Source: an uncultured Alphaproteobacteria bacterium (lineage in GTDB: Bacteria; Pseudomonadota; Alphaproteobacteria; MPNO01; DASWLB01). Taken from it: DNA of 64,000 bases. The translations under genes were made by a program, and so were the position numbers. The stretch covers positions 72,011 to 136,010 of the forward strand of contig CAVZIN010000003.1 in the NCBI GenBank assembly GCA_963775315.1. The letters are read 5' to 3'. Numbering within the stretch: position 1 is the stretch's first letter; every line of letters starts with the position of its first letter. Below the pieces are notes generated by a model. That model did no database searches and had not been told where the DNA came from. It worked only from the letters and a program-made list of their open reading frames with translations. Below are positions 1 to 9,587 of this stretch, piece after piece.

Positions 1-197
1 CGTTCGCGCGCTCGAGCATGACGGGCCTTGCGCGACGGCCGAGCATGGCCCCCGGGCCGGACGTACGGACCGAGTCTCCGCCGGCCGAATGAGGGGCGCG
101 CCTGCGTTTCGGCGCGTTCGGCGCCGGCAGTCGTGCGGCGATCAGATGATTGCGGCGCCAGCGATGAAGCGTCTCGGTTGTCCTGCGGCACCAACCG

Positions 198-1121
198 CTA
201 TTCCAAGGCGCTCACCATCAGCGGTGAACTGCGCCCGGTACGAATCATGTCGAGGAAGGCGCGCAGTGCCGCCGGAGGTTGCCGACGTCCCGAATGGTAA
301 AGAAACAGACCTTCGAACGTGGGCGACCAGTCCTCGAGCACCTGGACCAGTTGACCCGAGCGAAGGAAAGGTTCGGCCAACGCCTCAATCGTATAGGCGA
401 TCCCGAGGCCGTCGACGGCGGCGCGCACGCCCAAGTCAGGATTGTTGACGGTGATCCGCCCATCGACCAGGGTTTGTCGCGACACGCCGTCCCGTTGGAG
501 CGGCCATTCGGCAATTTGACCGTCAGCATCCCGCCGGTAGCGTACACAATTGTGCTTGGAAAGGTCATCGGGGCTGCGCGGCGGTCGCCGGCGTGCGAAG
601 TACGACGGCGATCCGACCACCGCGATCCTCACCGGACCCATGACGCGCACTGCGATCATATCGGCATCGACCCGGTTCTGCGGTCCCACCCCGGCATCGA
701 AACCTTTTGCCACGATGTCGATCGGCGCTTCACCGATTTGGACCTCGAGGTGCACATCGGGATAGCTTGAGAGAAATTTATCCCAAATCGGCGCGATCAC
801 GGCCGATGCGGCCACGTGAGTGGCGTAAAGCCGCAAACGCCCGAACGGACGCTCGCGCTCCTGGTTCAGCCCCTCCAGCGCATCAGTGATCTCCGCCAAC
901 GCTGGCCGCAGGCGCTCTACAAGGCGCAGCCCTGCAACGGTAAGGGCGACGCTGCGCGTCGTACGGTGCAGCAGCCGCATCCCGAGACGCTCTTCGATCT
1001 GCCGCATCGCGTGGCTGATCGCGGAGGGGGTAACGCCCAGCCGCGCCGCCGCCGCGCGGAAGCTCAGGTGGTCCGCGACCACCACGAATGTTGCGAGATC
1101 GGCCAGTTCCCCACGCGACAT
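198..1121 (-). CDS. LysR-family transcriptional regulator
   Basis: N-terminal HTH 'MSRGELADLATFVVVADHLSFRAAAARLGVTPSAISHAMRQIEERLG' followed by a LysR substrate-binding domain. The ATG at 1121 (revcomp of cat 1119-1121) fits a LysR N-terminus. The track ORF runs to 1412, but that upstream part is Arg/Pro-rich junk. Confidence 0.85.
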   Translation of the reverse strand: MSRGELADLATFVVVADHLSFRAAAARLGVTPSAISHAMRQIEERLGMRLLHRTTRSVALTVAGLRLVERLRPALAEITDALEGLNQERERPFGRLRLYATHVAASAVIAPIWDKFLSSYPDVHLEVQIGEAPIDIVAKGFDAGVGPQNRVDADMIAVRVMGPVRIAVVGSPSYFARRRPPRSPDDLSKHNCVRYRRDADGQIAEWPLQRDGVSRQTLVDGRITVNNPDLGVRAAVDGLGIAYTIEALAEPFLRSGQLVQVLEDWSPTFEGLFLYHSGRRQPPAALRAFLDMIRTGRSSPLMVSALE

Positions 1122-1123
1122 TG

Positions 1124-1137
1124 ATGAATGTCCTTCA
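1124..1137. promoter_or_regulatory. Candidate LysR T-N11-A box (TGAATGTCCTTCA, TGAA-N5-TTCA dyad) abutting the LysR start codon, in the LysR/efflux divergent region
   Basis: Dyad read directly in the sequence. LysR regulators classically autoregulate through T-N11-A sites in the divergent promoter. Confidence 0.3.
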
Positions 1138-1585
1138 TCATCGTGAGCAACAGATAATGGATTTTCGTTGATTGTACCAAGCGCTATTTTGCCACAGAGA
1201 GAATCAGCCATGGCCTCCCATGTTGGCGGACGAGGAAAGGGTTGGATCGACTTCCATTCCGGCCGAGGCCGTCGGGCGTGAATCCGCCGGTCAGGTTTGA
1301 TGTCCGGCGGCCAAGGCCTTTGGGGGTCGGTCCCCGTTGGCGCCTGACAGCGGCCAGAGGGCGCAATGGCGACGCGCGCGAATGAACTCGGTCGCAGACG
1401 CGGCGGCCTCACCTAGGCGATGACGGTGCGTAACAAGGCACCCACGCCGGAATTTCGAGATCGGCCGCGAGCGACGCGTTCTGTCGGGCGGCATGGGTTA
1501 CTCCTTGTCATCTGTCGCGGAGGGCTCGTACCTGAGTGACAATGTGAACGTTGGTGGTTTTCACCTTCCCGGCATCGGCCCGCTG

Positions 1586-2719
1586 ATGACCTTGGCCTTC
1601 GCGGCGGCGCTCGTTGCAGGCGGTCCCCGGTTGGCCGAGGCCGCGGATGCTCCTCCGCCCGGCGTCGTGGTGGCGCCCGTCGTGGTGAAGGACGTCGCAC
1701 CGGCCACGCACTATATCGGCCATGTGCTCGCGATTCAGTCGGTGAAGCTCGTGCCACGGGTCACCGCGTATATCGACGAGGTCGCCGTGAAGCAGGGCAG
1801 CGCGGTGAAAGCCGGTCAGGTTCTGTTCCGGCTGCAGAGTACCTCCTACGAGGCAGCGCTCCAGAGCGCACAGGCCAGCTTGCAATCCGCTCGGGCGGCC
1901 TACCAGAACGCGCAGCTGGCCTACCAGCGGGCTCTGCGGCTCGGTAAAACCGGGGCGGCCGCGCAAGCGACCGTCGATCAAGCCCTGGCGACGCGAAATC
2001 AGGACCAGGCCGCGATCCTGTCGGCCCAGGCCGATGTCACCCAGGCCCAGCTGAACCTCAGCTACTGCACCATCACCGCGCCCATTGCCGGCCGTATCGG
2101 AACCGCGACCCTCACCAGGGGCAATCTCGTCACGCCGAACACCGCGGCGCTGACAACCATCAACCAGCTCGATCCGATCCGCGTGGTATTCTCGGTCAGC
2201 GACGCCGATATCGTGGATGCCGAGCAGAAGAGCGTAGAAGCGCAGAATGGCGATCTGCAAGGGTTGAAGGCGAGCCTCACGCTGCCGAACGGCAAACCCT
2301 ACGACCAAGCCGGCAGCATCGCCTTCTTCGACAACCAGGTCGATACCCAGACCGGCACGGTGAGCGTCTACGCCGACTTTGCCAATCCGCACCATCTTCT
2401 GCTGCCGGGCTCGTACGTATCGGTGCAATTGCGCAGGGCCAAGCCCCAACTGGTGCCGCTTGTCCCGGTGGCTGCGGTGCAGACGGACCAGCACGGTTCG
2501 TTCGTTCTGACGGTGGGTCGCGACAACAAGGTCAAGCAGCAGCCGGTGAAGCTCGGTCACCAGATCGCCCAGAACGACGTCGTGGAGAGCGGCCTGCGCG
2601 ACGGCGACCGCGTCATCGTCGACGGGCTTCAGAAGGTCAAGCCAGGCGAGGTGGTCAAGCCGACGACCGCGCCCTCCACGGCGGCCGCTGCCGGCCCACC
2701 GCCCGTCCAGGTCGACTGA
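1586..2719 (+). CDS. RND efflux membrane fusion protein (periplasmic adaptor, AcrA/MexA/MdtA family)
   Basis: Signal-peptide-like start 'MTLAFAAALVAGGPRLAEA', coiled-coil Q/A-rich hairpin segment, then lipoyl/beta-barrel motifs ('YCTITAPIAGRIG', 'GSYVSVQL'). The track ORF starts at an upstream ATG at 1493, which is an alternative start. Confidence 0.85.
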   Translation: MTLAFAAALVAGGPRLAEAADAPPPGVVVAPVVVKDVAPATHYIGHVLAIQSVKLVPRVTAYIDEVAVKQGSAVKAGQVLFRLQSTSYEAALQSAQASLQSARAAYQNAQLAYQRALRLGKTGAAAQATVDQALATRNQDQAAILSAQADVTQAQLNLSYCTITAPIAGRIGTATLTRGNLVTPNTAALTTINQLDPIRVVFSVSDADIVDAEQKSVEAQNGDLQGLKASLTLPNGKPYDQAGSIAFFDNQVDTQTGTVSVYADFANPHHLLLPGSYVSVQLRRAKPQLVPLVPVAAVQTDQHGSFVLTVGRDNKVKQQPVKLGHQIAQNDVVESGLRDGDRVIVDGLQKVKPGEVVKPTTAPSTAAAAGPPPVQVD

Positions 2720-2781
2720 GGCCTTTTCGTCTTGCTCTCCAGCTTTTCATCAATCGGCCCAAGTTCGCCATCGTCATCGCG

Positions 2782-5700
2782 GTGGTGATCACGCTGGCCG
2801 GGCTGCTCGCGCTCAATTCCATCCCGATTTCGCAATATCCGAACGTCACGCCGCCGAAGGTGACGATCCTGGTCAACTATCCGGGCGCCAGCGCCCAGAC
2901 GATGATCAACGAGATCGCCGAGCCCATCGAGGAGCAGGTCAACGGCGTCCCCAACATGCTGTACATGCAGAGCACCAGCTCGGGGACGGGGCATTATAAT
3001 CTGTCGGTGACTTTCGCCCTGGGCTCCGATCCCAATATCGACCAGGTCAACGTTCAGAACCGGGTTCAGGAGGCCGTAGCGCAGCTTCCGTCCGAAGTGC
3101 AGCAGGAGGGCATCGCGGTTCGCGCCGCGGCGGATACCTTCGTGCTGGCGGTGAACCTCTATTCGCCTGACAAGAAATACGACCAGCTCTTCATCTCGAA
3201 CTATGCCTACATGCATCTGCAGCAGCAGATCGCCCGCGTGGCGGGTGTCGGCGACACGCATATTTTCGGCGCGCGCGAGTACGCCATGCGGGTCTGGCTC
3301 AACCCCGCCAAGATGACTGCCCTCGGCGTGACCGTCGGCGACGTGACTTCGGCCATCCAGGCGCAGAACATCCAGGTGGCGTCCGGTCAGATCGGCGAGC
3401 CGCCGGTCAGCGGGAACCAGGCCCAGCAGCTCTCCGTGCTCGCCCCTGGAGAGTTGAGCGACCCCAAGCAGTTCAGTGACATCATTATCCGCACCAACAC
3501 CAATGGCGGGGTTCTTCGGCTCGGCGACGTCGCCAAGGTCGAGCTCGCGGCCCAGCAATACGCCAACTCTTCGGCACTGGACGGCCTGCCCTCGTCGACG
3601 GTGGTCATCTATCAGGCGCCGGGCGCCAACGCTCTTGCGGTTTCCGATAGCGTTGCGCGGCAGATGAAGGTGCTGTCGGCGCACTTCCCGCCCGGCTTGA
3701 AGTACCAGATCGTGTACAACGCCACGAACTTCGTGCGCGCCGACATCGCCGAGATCATGCGCACGCTCGTCATCACGCTTTTGCTGGTGGTCGCCGTCGT
3801 CTACGTCTTCCTGCAGGACTGGCGCGCGACGCTGATTCCGACCATCGCCATCCCCGTTTCGCTGATCGGCGTGTTCGCGGCCCTCTACGTGCTCGGCTAC
3901 TCTGCGAATACGATCGATCTTTTCGCCGTCGTCCTCGCTATCACGCTGGTCGTCGACGATGCCATCGTAGTGGTCGAGAACGTCTCCCGGCATCTGGAGG
4001 AAAACCCGGATGTGGACAGGCGGGAGGCTACCGGCGCGGCGATGCGCGAGATCACCGGCCCGGTTGTAGCGACCACCCTGATCCTCGTGGCGGTGTTCGC
4101 GCCGGTCGGTTTCATCGCCGGCATAACGGGCTCGCTATACCGGCAGTTCGCCGTCACCATCTCGGTGTCGGTGGTGATCTCCGCGATCAACGCACTGACT
4201 CTGAGCCCGGCGCTATGCGCCCTGATGCTGCGGCCGCCCTCGGGCCGCCGGATGCGCCTGTTCCGCTGGTTCAACGGGGGCTTCGAATTCACGCGTAACC
4301 GCTACACGAAAGTCGTCGGGGTCCTGTCACGAAGGCTTATCGTCACCACGATCGGCATGATGGCGGTGTTCGGCGCCACCTACTTCGTTTTCGAAGGGAC
4401 GCCAACGGCCTTCCTGCCGGCAGAGGACCAAGGATTCTTCATGCTCAACGTCCAGCTTCCCGACGGTGCGTCGCTGGGGCGGACGAGCAGCGTGGTGGAC
4501 CGGGTCGCCTCCATGCTGCGCAAGCAGCCGAGCATCGCGCACACCCTGGAAATCACGGGCTTCAGCGTTGTCTCCGGATCCCAGGAGTCGAATGGCGCCC
4601 TCGTCATCGCCATCATGAAGCCGTGGGACGAGCGGGGCGCCGACGAGTCCGTGCCCGCCGTGATACGCGCAATGAAACCGAAGCTGGACGCCATCCCCTC
4701 CGCCGATATCGTGGGGTTCAATCCGCCGGCCATTCCTGGCATCAGCACGACCGGCGGGATCAATTTCGTGTTGGAGGCGCAAAGCGGTCAGGCCTACAGC
4801 AAGCTTGCCTCGGTGGCGCGCAGCCTGATCTTTGCGGCGAACCAGAACGACGATTTGTCCTCCGTGTTCACCGCCTTTTCGGCCAACCAGCCGCAAGTGA
4901 TGGTCCACGTCAACAAGCTGAAGGCAGAGATGCTGGGCGTCAGCCCGCAGACGATCTACGAGACGCTGCAAGCCAACCTCGGCGACCAGTTCGTTAACAA
5001 TTTCAACTATCAGAATTTCGTGTTCCAGGTTCTCGTGCAGGCACAGTCGCAGTTCAGGTCCAAGGTGAGCGACATCGAAAGGCTCTATGTGCGCAGCTCC
5101 AACGGATCGATGGTGCCGCTGAAAGGGCTGATCAATGTCAGCATGATCCAGGGTGCCAACGCCCTGACGCTTTACAACTTGTTCCCGGCCGTGCTGATCA
5201 ACGGCGCCGCCGCCCAGGGCCGCAGCGACGGCCAGGCCATCAACGCGATGGAGCAGGTGGCGGCGAAACACCTGCCGCAAGGCTATGGCTACGAGTGGAC
5301 CGGCATGACCTATCAGCAAATCCAGGCCACAGGCCAGGAAGGGGCTGCCTTCCTCGCCGCAGTGGTATTTTCGTATCTCTTCCTCGCCGCCCTCTACGAA
5401 AGCTGGACCCTGCCGCTGTCGGTCATCCTGCCTGTGGCGTTCGCGATGTTCGGCGGCCTGGTGGCCCTGTACCTGCGTGGGATGGCGCTCGACATCTATG
5501 GACAGGTCGGCCTGGTCCTGCTGATCGGCCTTGCCGCGAAAAATGCCATCCTGATCGTCGAGTTCGCCAAGGACCGCCTCGAGCGGGGCGGCGTGGACGC
5601 CGTCGAGGCCGCCGAGGACGGCGCCCACACCCGTTATCGCCCCGTAATGATGACGGCGCTGGCCTTCATCATTGGCGTTGTGCCTCTCGTCATCGCCACA

Positions 5701-5886
5701 GGGGCGGGTGCCGGCGCGCGACAGTCGATCGGCACCACGGTGTTCGGCGGCATGATCATCGCAAGCTTCATCGGCGTGCTGTTCATCCCGGCGCTGTTCG
5801 TCGGGTTTCGGCACCTGTCAGAGGCCTCCTCGCGCCTGCTGGGCCGCCTTGGGGGACATCGCCACGGGCCGGATGCCGCCGAATAG
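2782..5886 (+). CDS. RND multidrug efflux permease (HAE1 family, AcrB/MexB/MdtC-like)
   Basis: 1034-aa 12-TM RND protein. The conserved N-terminal motif continues in frame upstream of the first canonical start ('...QLFINRPKFAIVIAVVITLAGLLALNSIPISQYPNV' is encoded from ~2740). The coordinates here use the first GTG, so the true start is probably upstream and non-canonical, or the sequence has an error (see findings). Confidence 0.9.
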   Translation: MVITLAGLLALNSIPISQYPNVTPPKVTILVNYPGASAQTMINEIAEPIEEQVNGVPNMLYMQSTSSGTGHYNLSVTFALGSDPNIDQVNVQNRVQEAVAQLPSEVQQEGIAVRAAADTFVLAVNLYSPDKKYDQLFISNYAYMHLQQQIARVAGVGDTHIFGAREYAMRVWLNPAKMTALGVTVGDVTSAIQAQNIQVASGQIGEPPVSGNQAQQLSVLAPGELSDPKQFSDIIIRTNTNGGVLRLGDVAKVELAAQQYANSSALDGLPSSTVVIYQAPGANALAVSDSVARQMKVLSAHFPPGLKYQIVYNATNFVRADIAEIMRTLVITLLLVVAVVYVFLQDWRATLIPTIAIPVSLIGVFAALYVLGYSANTIDLFAVVLAITLVVDDAIVVVENVSRHLEENPDVDRREATGAAMREITGPVVATTLILVAVFAPVGFIAGITGSLYRQFAVTISVSVVISAINALTLSPALCALMLRPPSGRRMRLFRWFNGGFEFTRNRYTKVVGVLSRRLIVTTIGMMAVFGATYFVFEGTPTAFLPAEDQGFFMLNVQLPDGASLGRTSSVVDRVASMLRKQPSIAHTLEITGFSVVSGSQESNGALVIAIMKPWDERGADESVPAVIRAMKPKLDAIPSADIVGFNPPAIPGISTTGGINFVLEAQSGQAYSKLASVARSLIFAANQNDDLSSVFTAFSANQPQVMVHVNKLKAEMLGVSPQTIYETLQANLGDQFVNNFNYQNFVFQVLVQAQSQFRSKVSDIERLYVRSSNGSMVPLKGLINVSMIQGANALTLYNLFPAVLINGAAAQGRSDGQAINAMEQVAAKHLPQGYGYEWTGMTYQQIQATGQEGAAFLAAVVFSYLFLAALYESWTLPLSVILPVAFAMFGGLVALYLRGMALDIYGQVGLVLLIGLAAKNAILIVEFAKDRLERGGVDAVEAAEDGAHTRYRPVMMTALAFIIGVVPLVIATGAGAGARQSIGTTVFGGMIIASFIGVLFIPALFVGFRHLSEASSRLLGRLGGHRHGPDAAE

Positions 5887-6361
5887 TCCGCGTTGAGCGC
5901 TGGGGGGCCGACGGACACCGGAACTGCCGTCGTTGAGCCATAGTTAGCGAAATGCGGGGGCATGATCGCGGGAGAGGGTGCGTGGCGTTCGGGTCGGGGC
6001 GCGCCCCGAAGCGGAAGTGCCCATGCGCGTCGGTCTCGCCGCTGAAGCCGTCACCGGGACCAAGGCATGAACGCCACGGCGGTGTTCTTCCGCGCGCTGG
6101 CCCGGTCGGAGGAAGCGAGCCAGCCGGCCGCGCTTGCCGCCACGTGGCGGAACTCGGGCGAAGTGGCGACGCCAGCGGCGCTTGTCTGCATCGAGCAGAT
6201 CGAACACGCACTCGATCGTCTAAGCGCGGAACCGTGAGGCGCCGCTTTCGTCGCCGGACCGGTGACGATCACCTTGACCATGGCAACCCGACCATTCTTC
6301 CAGGGGGTCAGTGGCCCGCCGTGCCGGCGCCACGCCCCTTGGCCGCCTTCCTGCCCGATCT

Positions 6362-6399
6362 CGATTAAAGAAATGGTGCGGCTGTGCGCTTGCGCACAG
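6362..6399 (-). terminator. Candidate rho-independent terminator on the minus strand (8-bp GC stem CTGTGCGC/GCGCACAG followed by AUUUCUUUAAU) downstream of the ATP-grasp gene
   Basis: Perfect palindrome at 6382-6399 with a U-rich tract at 6362-6372 on the minus strand. On the plus strand it is not followed by a T-tract. Confidence 0.35.
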
Positions 6400-6452
6400 A
6401 GGGCGGCGCGTCTTCGCGCCATGATCGGGTGTTTCCTCCCTTAAGCGAACTC

Positions 6453-6527
6453 GCGGTGCGGACTCCTTGGGGCCGCACCGCTTCTTTTTGCCGCGATGGC
6501 GCCCGGTCGATGTCACCCGATGTGGCT
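6453..6527 (-). repeat. Conserved intergenic element, copy 1 (hairpin CGGTGCGG-loop-CCGCACCG, then ...GCCGCGATGGCGCCCGGTCGATGTCACCCGATG)
   Basis: About 85% identical over ~70 nt to 9588..9657, in the same orientation. It contains an 8-bp stem whose loop carries AAGGAG. Confidence 0.6.
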
Positions 6528-6634
6528 TCTCGCGCAACGGGCAATCGAGTTCCGCCTATCCACTCGGCGGCGAAGCCATCCTCAAAGCTGTCCGAAAAAT
6601 ACCTTTTTCGGCAGTCTGGAGCTTCTCGCGCTCC

Positions 6635-7897
6635 TCAGTTGGTCGCTCGGCCGACAACCCGGTGTTGAACATGGCGTTGCAGCATGTTCCCGAACGCGCG
6701 AAAGATCGTGTCCATGTGTTGCCGCTTGTAAGGGAAGATCTCCGGCGGATCCAGATCGTGGACAACCATGGCGTTTCCGGCCTCGAAGACGAGAAGCCGG
6801 CCGTCTGGCATTTCGGCGCAGTCGACCGCGAAGTAGTCCAGGCGAACGCGTTCGGCAATGGCGTCGATGGCGGCTTTGTGCCGGACGGCGAAGCCGAGAT
6901 CGAACTCGGCCATGAACTTCGCCTCTTCCGCCCGTCGCTCGGCGCGAGTGAGCATCCCGGCATTGACGTAGTGGATCATCCAATCTGACGAAATCGCCAT
7001 GTGACACGGATAGGCTTGTCCATCGATAAACACGATCCGGAATTTCCGGAACAACCCATCTCGGCTTCGGTAATCGATGAACGGCGATATATAAAATTCG
7101 TCTTCAGACCTTTGCGTCAGGAAGGCAGCCACTTCCGCCGCGTCTTCGATTTTCGAGAGGCCTTCCCCGGCGTGCGAATCTCTGGGGCGCCCAATGAGGG
7201 GAAATGCGGCCCCGTCGAGGATCGAGCCAGGCAAGATTTCCCCGCGAGCGATCCGTGACAGCGTCGCGCGTCCGATACTCGCCGTCGGCGGGATCGTTAC
7301 GCCGGGCGCCTTTGCGAGCAGTACGGACACGGCGTCCCGGGTCAATCCGACGATGCGGTTTGGTGCATTGAGGACCGGGCGCTCCCAGCCCGCCAGTCTC
7401 GGCGTCAGCGCCCGCAGGACCCGTTCGTTGTTCTTGGATTCGGCGATCGTGACGAAGGCGAGGTCATGGTCCGGAAGGCGCGGCGGAAGCGGCGCGTCCT
7501 CCGTCACGTAGGCGATATGGAGCGACACGTCGAGATCGTCGAGCAGGAGCTCCAAGGGCGTGTTCGCCATGAAACTGCCAGGTACCATGAATGCCAGGAG
7601 TCGGAGGCCTTGGCGCTCGGCAGTCCGTGAGGGATGGCGGTATACGCGGCTGAGCTTCAGTGCCTCCCGCTGCAAATCGGCGCGGAGCGAGCCCTTGTCG
7701 CAAATCTGTGCGATCGTCGAGAGATCGATAAGGCAAGCCCCATCGGCCGGGTTCCGATCCCGCTGCTCGGCCAGCGACTTCCATACCGGCACCAGATCGG
7801 CTCCCGCATATGCCATTCCGAGGAGGGCCGAAAATCCGTAGGACAGCGCCGGAAAGGCGTCGGTGGACCGGTTCGGGAAAACGCTCCGCTTACTCAT
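6635..7897 (-). CDS. ATP-grasp domain protein (RimK / glutathione-synthetase-like ligase)
   Basis: C-terminal ATP-grasp signature 'FIDYRSRDGLFRKFRIVFIDGQAYPCHMAISSDWMIHYVNAG...LLVFEAGNAMVVHD'. It sits 12 nt downstream of the decarboxylase stop with an AAGG SD, so the two are co-transcribed. Confidence 0.75.
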   Translation of the reverse strand: MSKRSVFPNRSTDAFPALSYGFSALLGMAYAGADLVPVWKSLAEQRDRNPADGACLIDLSTIAQICDKGSLRADLQREALKLSRVYRHPSRTAERQGLRLLAFMVPGSFMANTPLELLLDDLDVSLHIAYVTEDAPLPPRLPDHDLAFVTIAESKNNERVLRALTPRLAGWERPVLNAPNRIVGLTRDAVSVLLAKAPGVTIPPTASIGRATLSRIARGEILPGSILDGAAFPLIGRPRDSHAGEGLSKIEDAAEVAAFLTQRSEDEFYISPFIDYRSRDGLFRKFRIVFIDGQAYPCHMAISSDWMIHYVNAGMLTRAERRAEEAKFMAEFDLGFAVRHKAAIDAIAERVRLDYFAVDCAEMPDGRLLVFEAGNAMVVHDLDPPEIFPYKRQHMDTIFRAFGNMLQRHVQHRVVGRATN

Positions 7898-7909
7898 GCT
7901 TCTGCCTTG

Positions 7910-9373
7910 CTACGCTACTTTTCTGGGCGCCCGCGCCCGGCCGAGCGCCACCACGCGATCGACCAGCATGTCGACGTCGCGCTGGTCGGTGCGATGGTTG
8001 ACGATCGCCGCGCGGATTGCGAGGGATGCGCCGATCCGCGTCGTCGACGGGGCACAAAGTCCCAATTCCTGGAGTTCAACTACGATTTCCGAATTGACCC
8101 GGTCGGGATCGAGTGCGCGGTATCGGAAGCACACGATGTTGAGCTGGACGGGAGCAAGCAGCTCGAGCTCGGGGGTGGCAACGATCCGGCTTTCGAGATG
8201 GCGCGCCAGGGCGCACGTCCGCGACATCGCGGCGCCCAGCGCTTCGGTCCCGTAGACCTTGAGCGTGAACCATGTCTTCAGCGCGCGGAAGCCGCGGGAA
8301 AGGTCGGGTCCCAGGTCGCACGGCCAGGGCGATCCGGCAGCGAGCCCTCGGCACTCGCGTTGCAAATAGCTGGCCGGTGAAGCGAAGGCTTTTTGGTGCA
8401 GCTCGCCGTCGCGCACCAATATGAAGCCCGCGTCGTATGGCACCTGTGCCCATTTGTGGAAATCGAGCGCGATCGAGTCGGCACGCTGGATGCCGTCGAG
8501 CCTCGGCGCAAGGTCAGGGGCCATTATCGCGACGGCGCCAATCGCACCGTCGACGTGGAACCACAGCTTGTTGCGTTCGGCAATCGTCGCCAATGCCGAG
8601 AGATCGTCGAACGCACCGATATCGACGGTTCCTGCCGTCCCGACGATCAGGAAGGGAGTGAAGCCTTCCTTGCGGTCGCGATCGATTGCAGCCGACAGCG
8701 CGTCGATGTCGATCTGGTGATGATCATTGATCGGAATGACGCGAAGGGCGGCCGTGCCGAAGCCGGAAGCGTCCATGGCCTGCGCGATGCATCCATGCGC
8801 CGCAGCGGAAGTGTAAGCGACCAGCCGCGTGGCGCGGGAGGCGAGCCCGTCCTGCCGCACTTCCGCTCCCAACTCCCTGGTGCGGGCGATCAAGACGCCG
8901 ATCAGGTTCGCCATCGACGAGCCGGTGACGAATATGCCGCTTGCTGCGCTCGGGAACGCAAAGAGCTGGCTCAGCCAGCGGACCACCGAACGCTCCACCT
9001 CGATCGGGATGTGGTCGCGCCCTCCGAGATTCGCGTTGAGGCCGGCGGCCAGCATTTCGGCCAGCATGCCAACGACGTTGCCGCCGCCATGCACCCAGCC
9101 CATGAACCCCGGATGGGAATTGCCCGTGGCGTAGGGAAGGACATAGCGCATGAACTCGTGATGCACCTCCGCCAGGTCGGTCGGATGAACCGGCACCGGC
9201 TCATGGAAGTGCGCGCGAACGTTCTCCGGGATCGGCTGCCAGACGGGACGGTCCCGGAGATGCTCGACGTAATCGAGGATGTCGTCGAGCATGCGATGCC
9301 CCTGTGACCGGAGCTGCGCCCAATCGGACGGATCGAGGCCGACGGCGGGGTGGGGCGGCGAGTGATTTTTCAT
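7910..9373 (-). CDS. Pyridoxal-phosphate-dependent group II amino-acid decarboxylase (DDC/GAD/CSAD family)
   Basis: 'SIALDFHKWAQVPYDAGF' PLP-lysine motif (xHKW) and overall group-II decarboxylase layout. ATG at 9373 ('MKNHSPP'). The track uses a TTG at 9394 ('MADTGYGM'), an alternative start. Confidence 0.85.
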   Translation of the reverse strand: MKNHSPPHPAVGLDPSDWAQLRSQGHRMLDDILDYVEHLRDRPVWQPIPENVRAHFHEPVPVHPTDLAEVHHEFMRYVLPYATGNSHPGFMGWVHGGGNVVGMLAEMLAAGLNANLGGRDHIPIEVERSVVRWLSQLFAFPSAASGIFVTGSSMANLIGVLIARTRELGAEVRQDGLASRATRLVAYTSAAAHGCIAQAMDASGFGTAALRVIPINDHHQIDIDALSAAIDRDRKEGFTPFLIVGTAGTVDIGAFDDLSALATIAERNKLWFHVDGAIGAVAIMAPDLAPRLDGIQRADSIALDFHKWAQVPYDAGFILVRDGELHQKAFASPASYLQRECRGLAAGSPWPCDLGPDLSRGFRALKTWFTLKVYGTEALGAAMSRTCALARHLESRIVATPELELLAPVQLNIVCFRYRALDPDRVNSEIVVELQELGLCAPSTTRIGASLAIRAAIVNHRTDQRDVDMLVDRVVALGRARAPRKVA

Positions 9374-9400
9374 TCCGTACCCGGTATCGGCCAAATTCGT

Positions 9401-9416
9401 TAACGGTCCTTAACCA
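9401..9416. promoter_or_regulatory. Near-palindrome GTTAAGGACCGTTAAC (as read on the minus strand), 28-43 nt upstream of the decarboxylase ATG; candidate operator
   Basis: Inverted repeat TTAAGG-ACC-GTTAA read directly; it contains a GTTAAC core. Confidence 0.25.
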
Positions 9417-9587
9417 GAAGGGCAGGGAGCGAAGAAATTTTTGCGGAGAATTTTGGAGCTCGGACAGGCGGTTTGGCCGGTGGACGCCCAGATTCGTGGC
9501 TAAATGACCTTCGGCCAATTGACCGGTGTGGCGCCCTTGAAGCGATCCATCCGGTAGGTGGACTGCTGGCCTGTAAGGGGGATGGGG

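Noticed and set aside
1508-2560. Many long six-frame ORFs antisense to or out of frame with real genes (for example 1508..2560-, 2629..3993-, 4327..5814-, 10977..12365+, 12002..13270+, 13629..15527+, 15563..16639+, 16390..17934+, 17817..19694+, 19739..20785+, 20975..21919+, 22337..24241+, 26192..27142+, 28453..29808-, 30519..32009-, 31309..33072-, 33048..34067-, 34448..36031-, 35290..37287+, 38079..40637-, 41494..43170+, 42780..44024+, 42805..43854-, 43823..44728-, 47873..49921-, 55733..58108-, 58614..60218+, 60683..61747-, 62111..62845-)
   Set aside because: Their translations are Arg/Ala/Gly/Pro-rich with no domain signatures. Each overlaps a gene with clear homology on the other strand or in another frame. 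Stop-free stretches like these are expected at ~68% GC.
6051-6422. 123-aa minus-strand ORF with a strong GGGAGGA SD and ATG, just after repeat copy 1
   Set aside because: Its codon usage is poor for this genome (AGA, TTA, ATT, TCT and TTA codons), and it has low-complexity Ala/Ser/Arg content. It lies between a 3' UTR element and a terminator-like hairpin, so it is probably non-coding. It is kept as a note under the repeat finding.
6453-6527. Tried to assign the duplicated ~70-nt element to known riboswitch classes (ZTP/pfl, fluoride/crcB, SAM-II, guanidine-II, speF leader)
   Set aside because: None of the conserved consensus blocks for these classes (for example CCGCCUGGGCA for ZTP, GGnGAUGG...CUnAUG for fluoride, AAAGC...GCUAAAA for SAM-II, ACGR loops) is present. 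I report it as unclassified.
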